IMG/VR virus record: IMGVR_UViG_3300031998_000025
Location: 52,731 to 116,730 of that record
Source: a virus
Lineage: Duplodnaviria > Caudoviricetes
Length of the DNA: 64,000 bases
Reading direction: 5' to 3' (one strand)
Position numbers and translations under genes: made by a program. The notes beneath the pieces are model-generated. The model was given only the letters and a program-made list of their open reading frames with translations. It made no database searches and was not told where the DNA came from. Below, piece by piece: positions 49,320 to 58,842 of the stretch (its first letter is position 1; every line of letters starts with the position of its first letter).

Positions 49320-49342
49320 GATATCGTCTCCTTTTGTTTAAG

Positions 49343-50023
49343 TTAAATTCCCTTGTTCATCCTCTGCGCCCGCATCGCGGCAAGCATCTGCCTCTGGACG
49401 GTGTTCATCTCGATGGGTCCGTCCTGCTTCTGGCTCTCCTGCACAGGCGCCGGCGGTACCGGGGCCTTCGTCTCCAGCCGGGTGAGGTCAATCTTCAGTG
49501 TAGGCACGCTGGCCGGTTCCGGGGTCTCCGGTGCGTCTATAATCCTGTCCCGGGCGTTCTCGTCCACCCGCGGGAGCGACCTGTATCCTGGTCCCTCCAG
49601 GAACTGGTTGTCTATCGTCATGAAAGACGGGCCACCTCGACGTACCTGGTCCTTCTCCCCGTTCACGAACTCAGCCGGCTGTTCCGCCCGGATTACCTTG
49701 GCCATGTCGGCTGCAGTCCGTATCTGGCTCACCATGTCAGCGTTTCCCTTGATGTCGTCGTATGTCCGGTCCTCCCGGAACAGCGCGAGCCGCTCCTCCG
49801 GTGTCGGCCTGGCTGCCGGCATCCTCGGCTCCCTGTACACGTAGTCCGGGACGGGCTTCACCAGTGCGGCGATGGCCGCGTTTACCGCCGCCCGATGCCG
49901 CTGCTTGGCAATACGGTCGAGCACCTTGGCGTCCGCCGGTGCCTGCGCAGGAGGTGCCGGGCTCCTGCGGGTTTCCCTCGCCTTGATTTCGCGCTGCCTC
50001 GCTATCCTCTCCTCGAGCGTCAT
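49343..50023 (-). CDS. Low-complexity hypothetical protein
   Basis: Start MTLEERIARQ overlaps the stop of the gp15-like gene. Confidence 0.7.
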   Translation of the reverse strand: MTLEERIARQREIKARETRRSPAPPAQAPADAKVLDRIAKQRHRAAVNAAIAALVKPVPDYVYREPRMPAARPTPEERLALFREDRTYDDIKGNADMVSQIRTAADMAKVIRAEQPAEFVNGEKDQVRRGGPSFMTIDNQFLEGPGYRSLPRVDENARDRIIDAPETPEPASVPTLKIDLTRLETKAPVPPAPVQESQKQDGPIEMNTVQRQMLAAMRAQRMNKGI

Positions 50024-51663
50024 TCGGTAACCTCGTGCGTTTCCAGCGCAATCATCGTGTCGCTGAAGTTTGTCTTGACACCGAACTTTCCGGACTGCCC
50101 ACCGTCGTAGAGGACGAAGTAGAACGAGTAGATGACCTGGTTGTCGAACTCGAACGTGTCGGTCTCGAACGTGCGGAACTGCGTCGTAGTCTTGAAGGTG
50201 AAGTAGAGCTTGGAATCCATGACTCCCCAGTCGAACCATACCTCCTCGGCAGGAATGACCGTTCCGTCGGCGAGGGTCACGTCGTCCGGGTTGTACAGGT
50301 ACTGGAACACGGTGTCGCCCGGGGTGTCCTCCTTGAACTGGAGAATCGCCCTGAAGGTGAACGGGCTGTTAATCTTTCCTTCCTTGTTGTCACCGAACCA
50401 CTCGAGAATCTGGGACCACTTCCGTGTCTTGGTCGGGTCCTCTGGGTCAGTCTCCAGTCCAGTCGGCTCGTATCCGTCGGGGGCGTAGCTGCCGTTACCG
50501 GGAGGAATGTCCGGGACGAACTCCCGGTTGCCCGGGTTGATTGCCACGAAGTCCCTGCCGAGGCCGCTCATGTCGTAGGCGAACTCAGTATCGTCGTCGA
50601 AGGTAAGGTGGAGGAGGTCAAACGATGGCACCTCCTGCGGACGCTCCACGTCATCTATGACCACTTCCTCCCAGTCGTACTCGGTGACCCACTCGGTGAC
50701 CGTGTTCCCCTGGTCGTCGATGGTCTCCACGGGTACCGGTTCCCCGGCAATCGGGTTGAATCCCTTCGGGTCTCCTTCCTTGTCGGTCCCGGTAATCTCG
50801 TTGTAGGTGAGCATCGCGTACCTGAGCGTCTCGTCGCTCCAGTACTCCTCGCCCTCTACAGTAGTCCTTCGTACCAGTGAACGGGCAAGCGACTTTAGCA
50901 GGGAGAACCCCTCCTTGATGGAAGGCGAGACGGTCTCCCAGGGCTTCCTCTGCTGCTGGGCCACCGCGTCCGGGTAGACAAGAATCTGCTCGGTGTTAAT
51001 CATCTGCTTGTTGACGATGAAGTCCATGCCGGCATAGCGGATTTCCGCCGGCAGCATGTAGGGACAGTGCATCACCCCGTGGGCCTCTATCTGGTAGGTC
51101 ACCTGGAACACCTGGCCGTCACCGGAAGAGTTCAGGTCGGTCTCGTCCCGCATGTCGTCGCTCCAACCCGTGATGCATACCGGGATGACTCGCTCTATTT
51201 CAGGGCAGAAGTCGAACTCCTTGATACGGATGGAACGGTAGGTCTGGAAATACGGCTGAATGTTCTCCTTCAGCTGCCACAGGTCGGACGTGTTGTTGCA
51301 GAGAATGGTAAGCTCGAACTTGAATACGTATGCACGCGGCTGGATGTCCCTAATCCAGAAATCGTTGTCCTTGCAGTAGATTTCCCTGGCATAGGTCGGC
51401 TGTGTCATGTTGGCATCATCCCGGGCATCCCCGGTATACCTCAGGCCAGCCACCGGGAGGACCGCCAGAATCTGCTTGGAGGTGGTCGACGACAGGTAGT
51501 TCGCGAAGTCCTTGGAGTAATGGGTGACAAGCGGCACCTTGACCGTCTTGTCGATTACCTTCCTCTGCGGGTCAAGGTACTTGTTGACCCGGAGGTTGTC
51601 AAACATGTCGTAGATTCCGACAAGGATTTTCTCGTGTTCACGAACGTAGTAGTACCGCTGCAT
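50020..51663 (-). CDS. gp15: Tail sheath stabiliser/completion protein, T4 gp15-like, with C-terminal extension
   Basis: YYY..H.K....F.NL.V, KVPL, LP, ENIQPYF pattern; late motif at 51669-51677. Confidence 0.7.
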   Translation of the reverse strand: MQRYYYVREHEKILVGIYDMFDNLRVNKYLDPQRKVIDKTVKVPLVTHYSKDFANYLSSTTSKQILAVLPVAGLRYTGDARDDANMTQPTYAREIYCKDNDFWIRDIQPRAYVFKFELTILCNNTSDLWQLKENIQPYFQTYRSIRIKEFDFCPEIERVIPVCITGWSDDMRDETDLNSSGDGQVFQVTYQIEAHGVMHCPYMLPAEIRYAGMDFIVNKQMINTEQILVYPDAVAQQQRKPWETVSPSIKEGFSLLKSLARSLVRRTTVEGEEYWSDETLRYAMLTYNEITGTDKEGDPKGFNPIAGEPVPVETIDDQGNTVTEWVTEYDWEEVVIDDVERPQEVPSFDLLHLTFDDDTEFAYDMSGLGRDFVAINPGNREFVPDIPPGNGSYAPDGYEPTGLETDPEDPTKTRKWSQILEWFGDNKEGKINSPFTFRAILQFKEDTPGDTVFQYLYNPDDVTLADGTVIPAEEVWFDWGVMDSKLYFTFKTTTQFRTFETDTFEFDNQVIYSFYFVLYDGGQSGKFGVKTNFSDTMIALETHEVTE

Positions 51664-51742
51664 ATCGGGTAGTTTATGGGTATTCCTCGCTGAGCCAGGA
51701 TATAAACTCTAGTTTAAAACACATTTTCGGACGGTATTCACT

Positions 51743-52387
51743 ATGACCAAGATGGAAAAGTTCATGTCTGAACTCGAGAAACTCAAGACGCCGGACAACG
51801 AGAAGGTCGTCGGCAAGCTCATGGAGGGCGTCAACCTCATCGCCGACGAGTACCGCCGCAGGAAGGCGAGCGAGAAGGCGGCCAAGCTGGACGCCGAGGG
51901 CTTCGCCAAGCTGGACGAACATCGCAATGCCTCCGGCCTCTCCACCAAGGCGTTCGTCGAGGGTGTCGGAAAGACCATCCTCGAGTCCAAGCAGCCGGAA
52001 GAAGTAAAGGCCAAGATGATGGACAGCCTCGCCAGGTACGCCAAGCACCTCACGGAGTCTGCCGGTGTCTGCGGGTGCATCTACAGCATGGAACCGGTAG
52101 ACGACCAGTGCGCGAACTACATCATCTCCAACGACATCAGCGGTCTCCTCCACAACTGCATCCTCCCTAACGCCGAACACAAGTACGGCGACGCTGCCAC
52201 CGCGAAGAAGGCGGGAGTCGACCAGGTCATCGCCGACAACGGCACGGACATCGGCGGCATCAAGTACAAGCTCACCAGGAAGCTGGTAGATACCGACCAC
52301 GAGAAGCTGTTCGTCCTCATGCCAGAAGACGGTTCGATGAAGATGCCATACGTGATGCACTACGCCGATACGCCGAAGGCCAACTAG
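51743..52387 (+). CDS. Hypothetical late protein
   Basis: Late motif at 51701-51708; several xxE(S/G) sites. Confidence 0.75.
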   Translation: MTKMEKFMSELEKLKTPDNEKVVGKLMEGVNLIADEYRRRKASEKAAKLDAEGFAKLDEHRNASGLSTKAFVEGVGKTILESKQPEEVKAKMMDSLARYAKHLTESAGVCGCIYSMEPVDDQCANYIISNDISGLLHNCILPNAEHKYGDAATAKKAGVDQVIADNGTDIGGIKYKLTRKLVDTDHEKLFVLMPEDGSMKMPYVMHYADTPKAN

Positions 52388-52406
52388 AGCTTTGCAGAGC
52401 CGAAAC

Positions 52407-52442
52407 AAAAAACGGGACCCCGAAGGTCCCGTTCTTTTTTTC
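52407..52442. terminator. Bidirectional terminator
   Basis: AAAAAACGGGACC-CCGAA-GGTCCCGTT-CTTTTTT. Confidence 0.8.
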
Positions 52443-52456
52443 GTGCAGCATTCCAA

Positions 52457-52864
52457 TTACACAATGGTCAACTTCCTGGCTTCCTCTTTCTTCTTCTCCT
52501 TTACGGGGATGGTGAGGAGACCGTCGACGAAGGTCAGCTTCATCTGTTCCGGGCCCACCGTGCCCTTCTCCGGGGTGAACTCGATACGGTAGCTGTCCTT
52601 GCGGCCGGCCACGTCGCGTTTCGCCTTCACGACCACGGTGTTGTCCGGGTTGGCGGTAACCTCGATGTCCTCCTTCTTGCATCCCGGTAGCTCCACGTAG
52701 AGCTCGGTGCCGTCCTCGTTGGTGTAATAGTTCGGCCTGCTGGGTTCTCCGGCAACCTTCCTGTAAGTGGACGGGAAGAAATTCCTGAACAGCCTGTCGA
52801 ACTCGTTGTCGTCGAACATGACGCCGAAACCGGGACGGAAGAAATTAGTAAGTGCGTTTGCCAT
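52457..52864 (-). CDS. hsp20: Small heat-shock protein (Hsp20/alpha-crystallin)
   Basis: VELPGCKKEDIEV and DGLLTI motifs; RBS AGGAG. Confidence 0.9.
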   Translation of the reverse strand: MANALTNFFRPGFGVMFDDNEFDRLFRNFFPSTYRKVAGEPSRPNYYTNEDGTELYVELPGCKKEDIEVTANPDNTVVVKAKRDVAGRKDSYRIEFTPEKGTVGPEQMKLTFVDGLLTIPVKEKKKEEARKLTIV

Positions 52865-52903
52865 TTTAAAGCTCCTTATGCTTTGATTGTTCGCAATACC
52901 ATA

Positions 52904-52920
52904 AGCAAACACCGTGCCAA
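52904..52920 (-). promoter_or_regulatory. Sigma54 (-24/-12) promoter
   Basis: TTGGCACGGTGTTTGCT matches the TGGCACG-N4-TTGC consensus exactly. Confidence 0.8.
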
Positions 52921-53012
52921 ACCGGGAAATAGGCAAAAACTTACAATTTTGTAGCAAAAATGACCGGTCCACTGTTGCAGGACCGGCCACTTCGAGTTTC
53001 TTAATGAACTAA

Positions 53013-53492
53013 CTAGCGGAGCTTGATTTGGTCCGCGTAGTCCTTCTGGGTAATCGGCTTGGCGCCGTAGGCGGATGCGGTTGTGCACATTGCCCACTTG
53101 TGCTGCTTGGCCAGTTCCTTCAGCTCGTCCACGGTAAGCACCTTGCGCTCGTTGGCAAGCTCGCGGTCCTCGGCGGCACCCTTGCCGTTCGGGTTCGGCT
53201 GGATGTCGTACTCCATGCGGCGGTAGTTCCTGTGGCCACGGCCCGGGGTGTTGTTGATGGGGTCGTCCTCGATGAACTTCTCCTGGAGCTCGGCCAGCTT
53301 GTCGGCGGTATGCCACCACTGCTGCTCGTAGGCACGGTCGAGGAAGTCGTCCGCCTTGCCGGACTTGATGTCGCCCACGCCGCGTGCAGCATTCTGCACG
53401 TAGTAGTACATGTCATGACGCCAGTCCGGATGGGTGTCGAAGTTGCCGACACCGCCACCATACATTCCAACTGCACCGAGTTCGATTCCCAT
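53013..53492 (-). CDS. Hypothetical late protein
   Basis: Late motif at 53519-53528; terminator-like hairpin at about 52958-52990. Confidence 0.75.
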   Translation of the reverse strand: MGIELGAVGMYGGGVGNFDTHPDWRHDMYYYVQNAARGVGDIKSGKADDFLDRAYEQQWWHTADKLAELQEKFIEDDPINNTPGRGHRNYRRMEYDIQPNPNGKGAAEDRELANERKVLTVDELKELAKQHKWAMCTTASAYGAKPITQKDYADQIKLR

Positions 53493-53592
53493 GGGAGACT
53501 CCAGTTATCTAAACACCCGTAGTTTATACCTGATGTCATACAAGAAAAGCTCCCGGGAAACCCCGGGAGCCCACCCATCACATCCAAAGTCC

Positions 53593-54351
53593 TTATTCGG
53601 CCTTGTCCTTGGGCTTCTTCTCCATCTTCCGGTGGAGTTCCTCGACCCACTCGTCCTCGATATGGATGCCGATTGACTCGTCGAGCTCCTTCATGATGTC
53701 AACCGTCTGGTCCATGTCGGAAATGTGCTCGTTGGCAAGTTCGGCCTTCATCTTCTCGGCCTTCTCCTTCTCCGCCTTCTCCATGACTCCGGCATACTGG
53801 TCCATCGCGGTAACCGCGTGATAGATGCCGTCAACCAGAGGAATGAACTTGATGCGCTTGTTCTGCTTGTCCAAAGTACCCCATACCTGGTTGAACGCGT
53901 TCCAGGCAATCTGGCCGATGTAGAAGTAAGGGTCTGCGCCCTGCAGCTTCACCGGGTCGAAGTTGTGACAGTAACGCAGAATCAGTTCCAGCGCATGTGC
54001 GTACATGTCCTCGTGCCATGCCGGGGTGTACTCGCGCCACCTCGGCAAACCCATAGTCTTCTTGATGATGATGTCGACCACCACGCCGAGCTTGTCGCTC
54101 ATCTGGGGCGGACGCAGCTTCGCCGCCTCGTCCTTCTTGCCGGCAGCAATCAGGGCCTTCTTCTCCTCGACATACGGCATCATTACCTTCTTGTGCTCCA
54201 TGATGAGCCTGGTGAGGTATGCCGGGTCGATTCGCCCGTACATCATCGATGCCTTGGTCTGGTCGCCGTTCTCGTCGAACTCCGGTTCCATTATGGCGAC
54301 CTTCTTGGTCCGCTTTCCCCTGTAACGCTTCTCCTTAGCACTGCATGCCAT
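53593..54351 (-). CDS. gp55: Late-transcription sigma factor, T4 gp55-like
   Basis: YT..WHEDM..ALE..LRY.HNFDP.K..PYFYI.QIAWNAF motif. Confidence 0.82.
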   Translation of the reverse strand: MACSAKEKRYRGKRTKKVAIMEPEFDENGDQTKASMMYGRIDPAYLTRLIMEHKKVMMPYVEEKKALIAAGKKDEAAKLRPPQMSDKLGVVVDIIIKKTMGLPRWREYTPAWHEDMYAHALELILRYCHNFDPVKLQGADPYFYIGQIAWNAFNQVWGTLDKQNKRIKFIPLVDGIYHAVTAMDQYAGVMEKAEKEKAEKMKAELANEHISDMDQTVDIMKELDESIGIHIEDEWVEELHRKMEKKPKDKAE

Positions 54352-54418
54352 GTCGTTTCCGTCCGTATTGTCTTTGCTATTAAACTAAGACATTTCTCCA
54401 GGATATTCCCGGAAACTG

Positions 54419-57253
54419 CTAAGGTTCTTCCGTTTCTTCCGAAGATTCTTCCTGGCTGCCGCCGGTAGCCTCCGGGAACAGGCATGAAGCCTTGTTGTAG
54501 ATGTCGCAGAACCTCTGCAGCGTAAGCGGGGTGTCGTAGAACCTGAACCCGTATATTCCGCGGGTACCCACCGGTACCACCACGTCCTCCCGGGTCTCCC
54601 CGTGAGCGAGAATCCTGGTGCCGTCCTTGCCGCCGTGCAGCGCCCATGCCTGGTACAGGTTGTCCGGGCCCAGCACGTCGGTCCAGCCGGCAAGCTCGCC
54701 GTGCTCGTCCACCTTCTTGAACTTCCACTTCGGGTCGTACATGGAGAACCCGTCGAACACCTTGCCGCCCGCGTGCTCCACGAACCATGCATCCCTGGTC
54801 CTCTCGCCGGTAGGACGCTCCTTCTCGTCGAGCAGGTACACGTCGGTGTTCTCGTCCACCATCTCCGGCACAGCGATGCCGCGCACGTGCAGGTGGTATA
54901 CGTCGTATGCCACAGGCATGCGCTTGTTGTACGAATACAGGTGCCACCCGTCCTCCCCAAGGTGCCAGAACACGATGCTGTACCCGGACTTCACCGAGGT
55001 ACCGTCGAATGTCACCGGGAGGTTGTAGTACCGCTCGCAGTCACAAATCATGTCACAAGTGGGAGCCTTTATGGGCGTACCCACCTCGCCGCAGCCATGG
55101 GTGGTCTCCTGGGTGGAGTTCATGTGGTCGATGTCGAACGTATCGACCTCCTTGACACAATCCTCCTGCTCCGGGTCGCCTGCGGTCATGTGCGTGTCGG
55201 TCACCAGAGAAGGCTCGGCACCAGCAGTGATGCTGTAGTCCGTAATCACCAGGTCGCTGTTCGGCACAAGCGATGCGCCGACCCCGGTACAGATGAGTTT
55301 CACCTTCCTGTTTGCCGTGGCCAGGTAGCATCCGGCGTTCAGGTAGTAGTACTCTATGTTGAATATGTTCTTCTTGCGTCCGTCCCTGCATGCGCAGAAG
55401 TCGATATCGTTCTGTACGAGGATGTTGCCGGCCATGTCGAACTCCGTTCCTCCCGGGTCCTCCACGGGTCCCCAGTACACCCAGTCGGCACAGGTCACTT
55501 CCCAGAGACCGTCCTTGCCGTCCTCCTGGTTGTACAGGAGCACGCGCATTCCCGGCTCGGCCATCCTGCCGCACACCTGCTGCGTCCCATACTTCACCGG
55601 GACGTCCTCGGTGCACCTCAGGTCAGCCCTGTCGGAAACCTTCGCACCCAGGTCTACAAGCACCGTGTCGTCTACCAGCAAAGGCTCGTTGTCCGTTCCG
55701 GTACACGGGTCGTATTCCCCGTCCTCCCGGTCAATCCCGGCATATCCCTTCAGCCCGACCCAGTCACCCGACTGCACCACCCAGAGGCCGTCCGTCTCGC
55801 CGTCCTTCTGCCCGTCGAGCCATACGATGTCCCCCTCCTCGACACGGGTGCCGTTTATGGTCATCTCCCCGTGCCTGTAGTCGAGCCGCTTGTTCAGCTT
55901 CGCCTTCACACGGACGTACATCATCGACTCGCAGTCCTGTCCGCGGTTCATGCGGACATACATAGTCTTCCCGTACTTCCCGGGAGCTCCCCCGGCCTGC
56001 GTCGGGTTGCCCGAGCCATCTGTCGTGTCGTACACCAGGTTGACATCGGAAGTGTAGAAGCAGGACGAGTTCGTGGTATTGGCCGCGCCGGCCGATGCCT
56101 TCTTCTGCTCGGCCGCGTTGGTAGAATCGTACCTGTACCTGATGAGCCCGACGTTGTTCTCCAGTGCCATCTTCGCGTCGCCCGTGCCGGCAACGGCGAT
56201 GAACCCGTTGGAGTCCCCGTATCCAATCTCGAGGTCGTACACTGAACACTGCTCTTCGCCCCGGGAGGAAACCGCGTAGTCACTGGACATCACGAAAGAT
56301 ATCGTCTGCCACGGCTCCTCCTCGTCGAAAGTCAGCTCAGAATGTGGGATGACCACCGACTTGCTCCCGTCGGCCGATACAAGGCGCACGTTCAGGTCAG
56401 TAGTGAAGTTGCCGCCAAGTATGGTGACTAGCTCGGAAGTGTTTACCCTGGATGCCAGGTTCCTCACGTACTTCACGTATGGCTCCGTGGACATGCCGCC
56501 GCCGAACCCGTGAACCGTGAATACCTTCCTCTCCTCCCGCTCCAGCCCGGTAGCCGCATCTATGTAGCGAATGTATGCCGGAACCTCGTACTGCTCGTGC
56601 GACACGCTGCCGCCGGAATACGAAGTATACAGAGTGTAGCCTCCGTCATCCTCGAACCAGAACGGGCACGGCATGCCATCCTCGCAGTCGCCGTCGTACA
56701 CCACGTCGAGCAGCCGGTCCACCGAGAGCTGGTTATACTTCAGCGTGCCCACCGCCGTACGTTCAGCCTCCTGCTCCGGGATGGTGAACGTGGAGGGCGA
56801 CAGGGCGAATCCCGGGAGCTCCCTGGAATAGTCCGGGTATGCAACCGGGAGGCTATAGGTACTGTACTGTCCCTTGCCGTCAATCCACTCGGCGAGCACC
56901 AGGTCGATAGTCTCGGGAACCTCGCCATCGAGGGCATAGAGGTCCCACTCGTCCTTGGCCGGGTCCCTCACCATGTAGTAGTCGGGAGCGGACTCCGCCT
57001 CCTTCCACCTCGCCCACGCATAGGATACCGTGTAGGGGTAGTCGGGGGACAGCACGAGGCTACCGGCGTATACCGCCTGTTCAAGCTCCGGGAGAACGCC
57101 CACCTTGAAGCGTTCGGTGTCGTACCTTACGGCAGGGCACCCGCCCTCTTCCATTGACGGGTCGGATACCAGCTTCATCGTGCCGGTGTCCCAACCCGAT
57201 AGCGGCGTTACATTCTCCTTGTAGCTACGGTATACGAGGTTGACTAGGGGCAT
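54419..57253 (-). CDS. Cys-rich virion structural protein with IPT-like and GD.V.L..Q....G.W repeats
   Basis: VTILGGNF; EGDIVWLDGQ..DGLW and GMRVLLYNQ..DGLW repeats. Confidence 0.7.
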   Translation of the reverse strand: MPLVNLVYRSYKENVTPLSGWDTGTMKLVSDPSMEEGGCPAVRYDTERFKVGVLPELEQAVYAGSLVLSPDYPYTVSYAWARWKEAESAPDYYMVRDPAKDEWDLYALDGEVPETIDLVLAEWIDGKGQYSTYSLPVAYPDYSRELPGFALSPSTFTIPEQEAERTAVGTLKYNQLSVDRLLDVVYDGDCEDGMPCPFWFEDDGGYTLYTSYSGGSVSHEQYEVPAYIRYIDAATGLEREERKVFTVHGFGGGMSTEPYVKYVRNLASRVNTSELVTILGGNFTTDLNVRLVSADGSKSVVIPHSELTFDEEEPWQTISFVMSSDYAVSSRGEEQCSVYDLEIGYGDSNGFIAVAGTGDAKMALENNVGLIRYRYDSTNAAEQKKASAGAANTTNSSCFYTSDVNLVYDTTDGSGNPTQAGGAPGKYGKTMYVRMNRGQDCESMMYVRVKAKLNKRLDYRHGEMTINGTRVEEGDIVWLDGQKDGETDGLWVVQSGDWVGLKGYAGIDREDGEYDPCTGTDNEPLLVDDTVLVDLGAKVSDRADLRCTEDVPVKYGTQQVCGRMAEPGMRVLLYNQEDGKDGLWEVTCADWVYWGPVEDPGGTEFDMAGNILVQNDIDFCACRDGRKKNIFNIEYYYLNAGCYLATANRKVKLICTGVGASLVPNSDLVITDYSITAGAEPSLVTDTHMTAGDPEQEDCVKEVDTFDIDHMNSTQETTHGCGEVGTPIKAPTCDMICDCERYYNLPVTFDGTSVKSGYSIVFWHLGEDGWHLYSYNKRMPVAYDVYHLHVRGIAVPEMVDENTDVYLLDEKERPTGERTRDAWFVEHAGGKVFDGFSMYDPKWKFKKVDEHGELAGWTDVLGPDNLYQAWALHGGKDGTRILAHGETREDVVVPVGTRGIYGFRFYDTPLTLQRFCDIYNKASCLFPEATGGSQEESSEETEEP

Positions 57254-57259
57254 ATTGCT

Positions 57260-57844
57260 TTATTTTCCGTCGAGTTGCGCTAATGCGTTCTTGAAAATCG
57301 TAAGTTGCTTGGCGACGATTCCGCCCTTTTCCTTGAGCGTGGCCACCTTCTGGGCGTTCACATTGCCCGGAATCCAGGAATCCACATCGCTAAGGAGACC
57401 GATGACCATGCCCATCGCGGAGGTCACCTTTCCAACGTCGCCCTTGCGGACGGCACCGGTATCGACCTTGAAGTCGACCTCGCCGTTGAGCGAATCCATG
57501 AACTGGTCCATCTGGCCGACGGAATCCTCCGCCTGCTGCTGGGTCCACTGGTCACGCACGTCGCCTAGCTTGATGTTCTGCCAGTCGTTCGTGTTGTACG
57601 CACCCTCGTAACCGGGCATCGTGTCGTTGTTCTGCTGGTAGTTACCGGGTCCGAACATGCCGCGGTTCATCATCTGCTGGGGATTGCCTGGTCTAGGCGC
57701 AAAGTTGCCTCCCTGCATCATCGGCTGCGGAGTGCGAGCGAAGTTCTGCTGCTGCGGCTGCATGGGCTGGCGCATCTGCGGCTGACCCATCGGACCGGGC
57801 ATCCTGCGGAAGTTCTGTCTAGGAGCGAAATCCTGCTGCTTCAT
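57260..57844 (-). CDS. Late protein with Q/M/P/N/G-rich prion-like N-terminus
   Basis: Low-complexity first ~80 aa; late motif at 57862-57870. Confidence 0.75.
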   Translation of the reverse strand: MKQQDFAPRQNFRRMPGPMGQPQMRQPMQPQQQNFARTPQPMMQGGNFAPRPGNPQQMMNRGMFGPGNYQQNNDTMPGYEGAYNTNDWQNIKLGDVRDQWTQQQAEDSVGQMDQFMDSLNGEVDFKVDTGAVRKGDVGKVTSAMGMVIGLLSDVDSWIPGNVNAQKVATLKEKGGIVAKQLTIFKNALAQLDGK

Positions 57845-57891
57845 GGTAATTCCTCTTTTTCGTAGTTTATCTTCCTGTATTAAACTACACT

Positions 57892-57918
57892 AAAAAGGCG
57901 CGGCATCGCTGCCGCGCC
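57892..57918 (-). terminator. Intrinsic terminator after the scaffold gene
   Basis: GGCGCGGCA-GCGA-TGCCGCGCC-TTTTT on the minus strand. Confidence 0.8.
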
Positions 57919-57953
57919 CGGGGAAGTGCCCAAGGAGACGAAAGCGCTCCCCC

Positions 57954-58841
57954 TTAAGCGAATCTCCCGAATCCCATTTCCTGGAACATCTCCATCTGCT
58001 TCATGGCATCGGCCACGTCACCTTCCACCGGTTCGGACGGCTGCTGAACCTGTTCCACCATGGCGGAACCGGTGGCGGGAATGCGCACGCGTTCCGGCCT
58101 GAACTTGCTACTGGCAGCCTCCCCGAGAGCCTTGCGCTTGACCGGGGACTTCTTCTCCGGCTGTTCGTCCAGTGCGAGGAATCCCGGCATGTCCATGTCG
58201 ACGTTGTCCTGAATCTCATCCAGTGCAGCCTCGACCTTGTCCATGTTGAGCCCACCACCGAGGTCCACGTCGATGTCCATGATGCCCGTATCACCGGCAT
58301 CATTGTTGTCGATAAAGTCCGCAATGCTGTTCTTGTCGATTGCACGGATGTCCTCGTTCTTGAAGTGCTCGATTACCATGTTGACGATGTCCGGACTGCA
58401 ACCCTTGGTCAGCTCGTAGATGCGGTTCAGCTTGCCCTGGTAGTTGAGCTTCTTCTTGATGTCCTCGCGCTCGGCGTATGCCTGCTGGAGGTTCTGGTCG
58501 GCCTGGGCGAGTTCCTGCTTGAGCCTCTTGGTGACCTCGGTAGCCGGAATGCCGATATCCTCGACGATTGCCGTAATCTTCTGCAGTGCCTCGAACAGCT
58601 TGCCGTTGATTGCGTCGGTCTTCATCTTCTCGACGCTGGCCTCCACGGCGGCACTCACCTTCTCGTCGACCTTGTTGCCTACCAATTCAACGAGGGACTC
58701 GAACTTGGCCTTCGACTTGGCGGCCTCGTCCTCCAGGGACTTGGAAAGGTCCGCACGGTAGGCAGCTTCCAATTTGGCCAGGACGTCCCCGTCCACCTTG
58801 CCCAGTTCGGCCTCGGTCAATACCTTCTTCACATCAAGCAT
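57954..58841 (-). CDS. Prohead core scaffolding protein, gp22-like
   Basis: Directly downstream of the protease; coiled-coil, acidic. Confidence 0.7.
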   Translation of the reverse strand: MLDVKKVLTEAELGKVDGDVLAKLEAAYRADLSKSLEDEAAKSKAKFESLVELVGNKVDEKVSAAVEASVEKMKTDAINGKLFEALQKITAIVEDIGIPATEVTKRLKQELAQADQNLQQAYAEREDIKKKLNYQGKLNRIYELTKGCSPDIVNMVIEHFKNEDIRAIDKNSIADFIDNNDAGDTGIMDIDVDLGGGLNMDKVEAALDEIQDNVDMDMPGFLALDEQPEKKSPVKRKALGEAASSKFRPERVRIPATGSAMVEQVQQPSEPVEGDVADAMKQMEMFQEMGFGRFA

Positions 58842-58842
58842 C

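Noticed and set aside
54602-56245. Long antisense ORFs (also 24915..26303, 27479..28510, 38587..39603, 39600..40640)
   Set aside because: Shadows of high-GC3 genes on the opposite strand; no motifs, promoters or RBS
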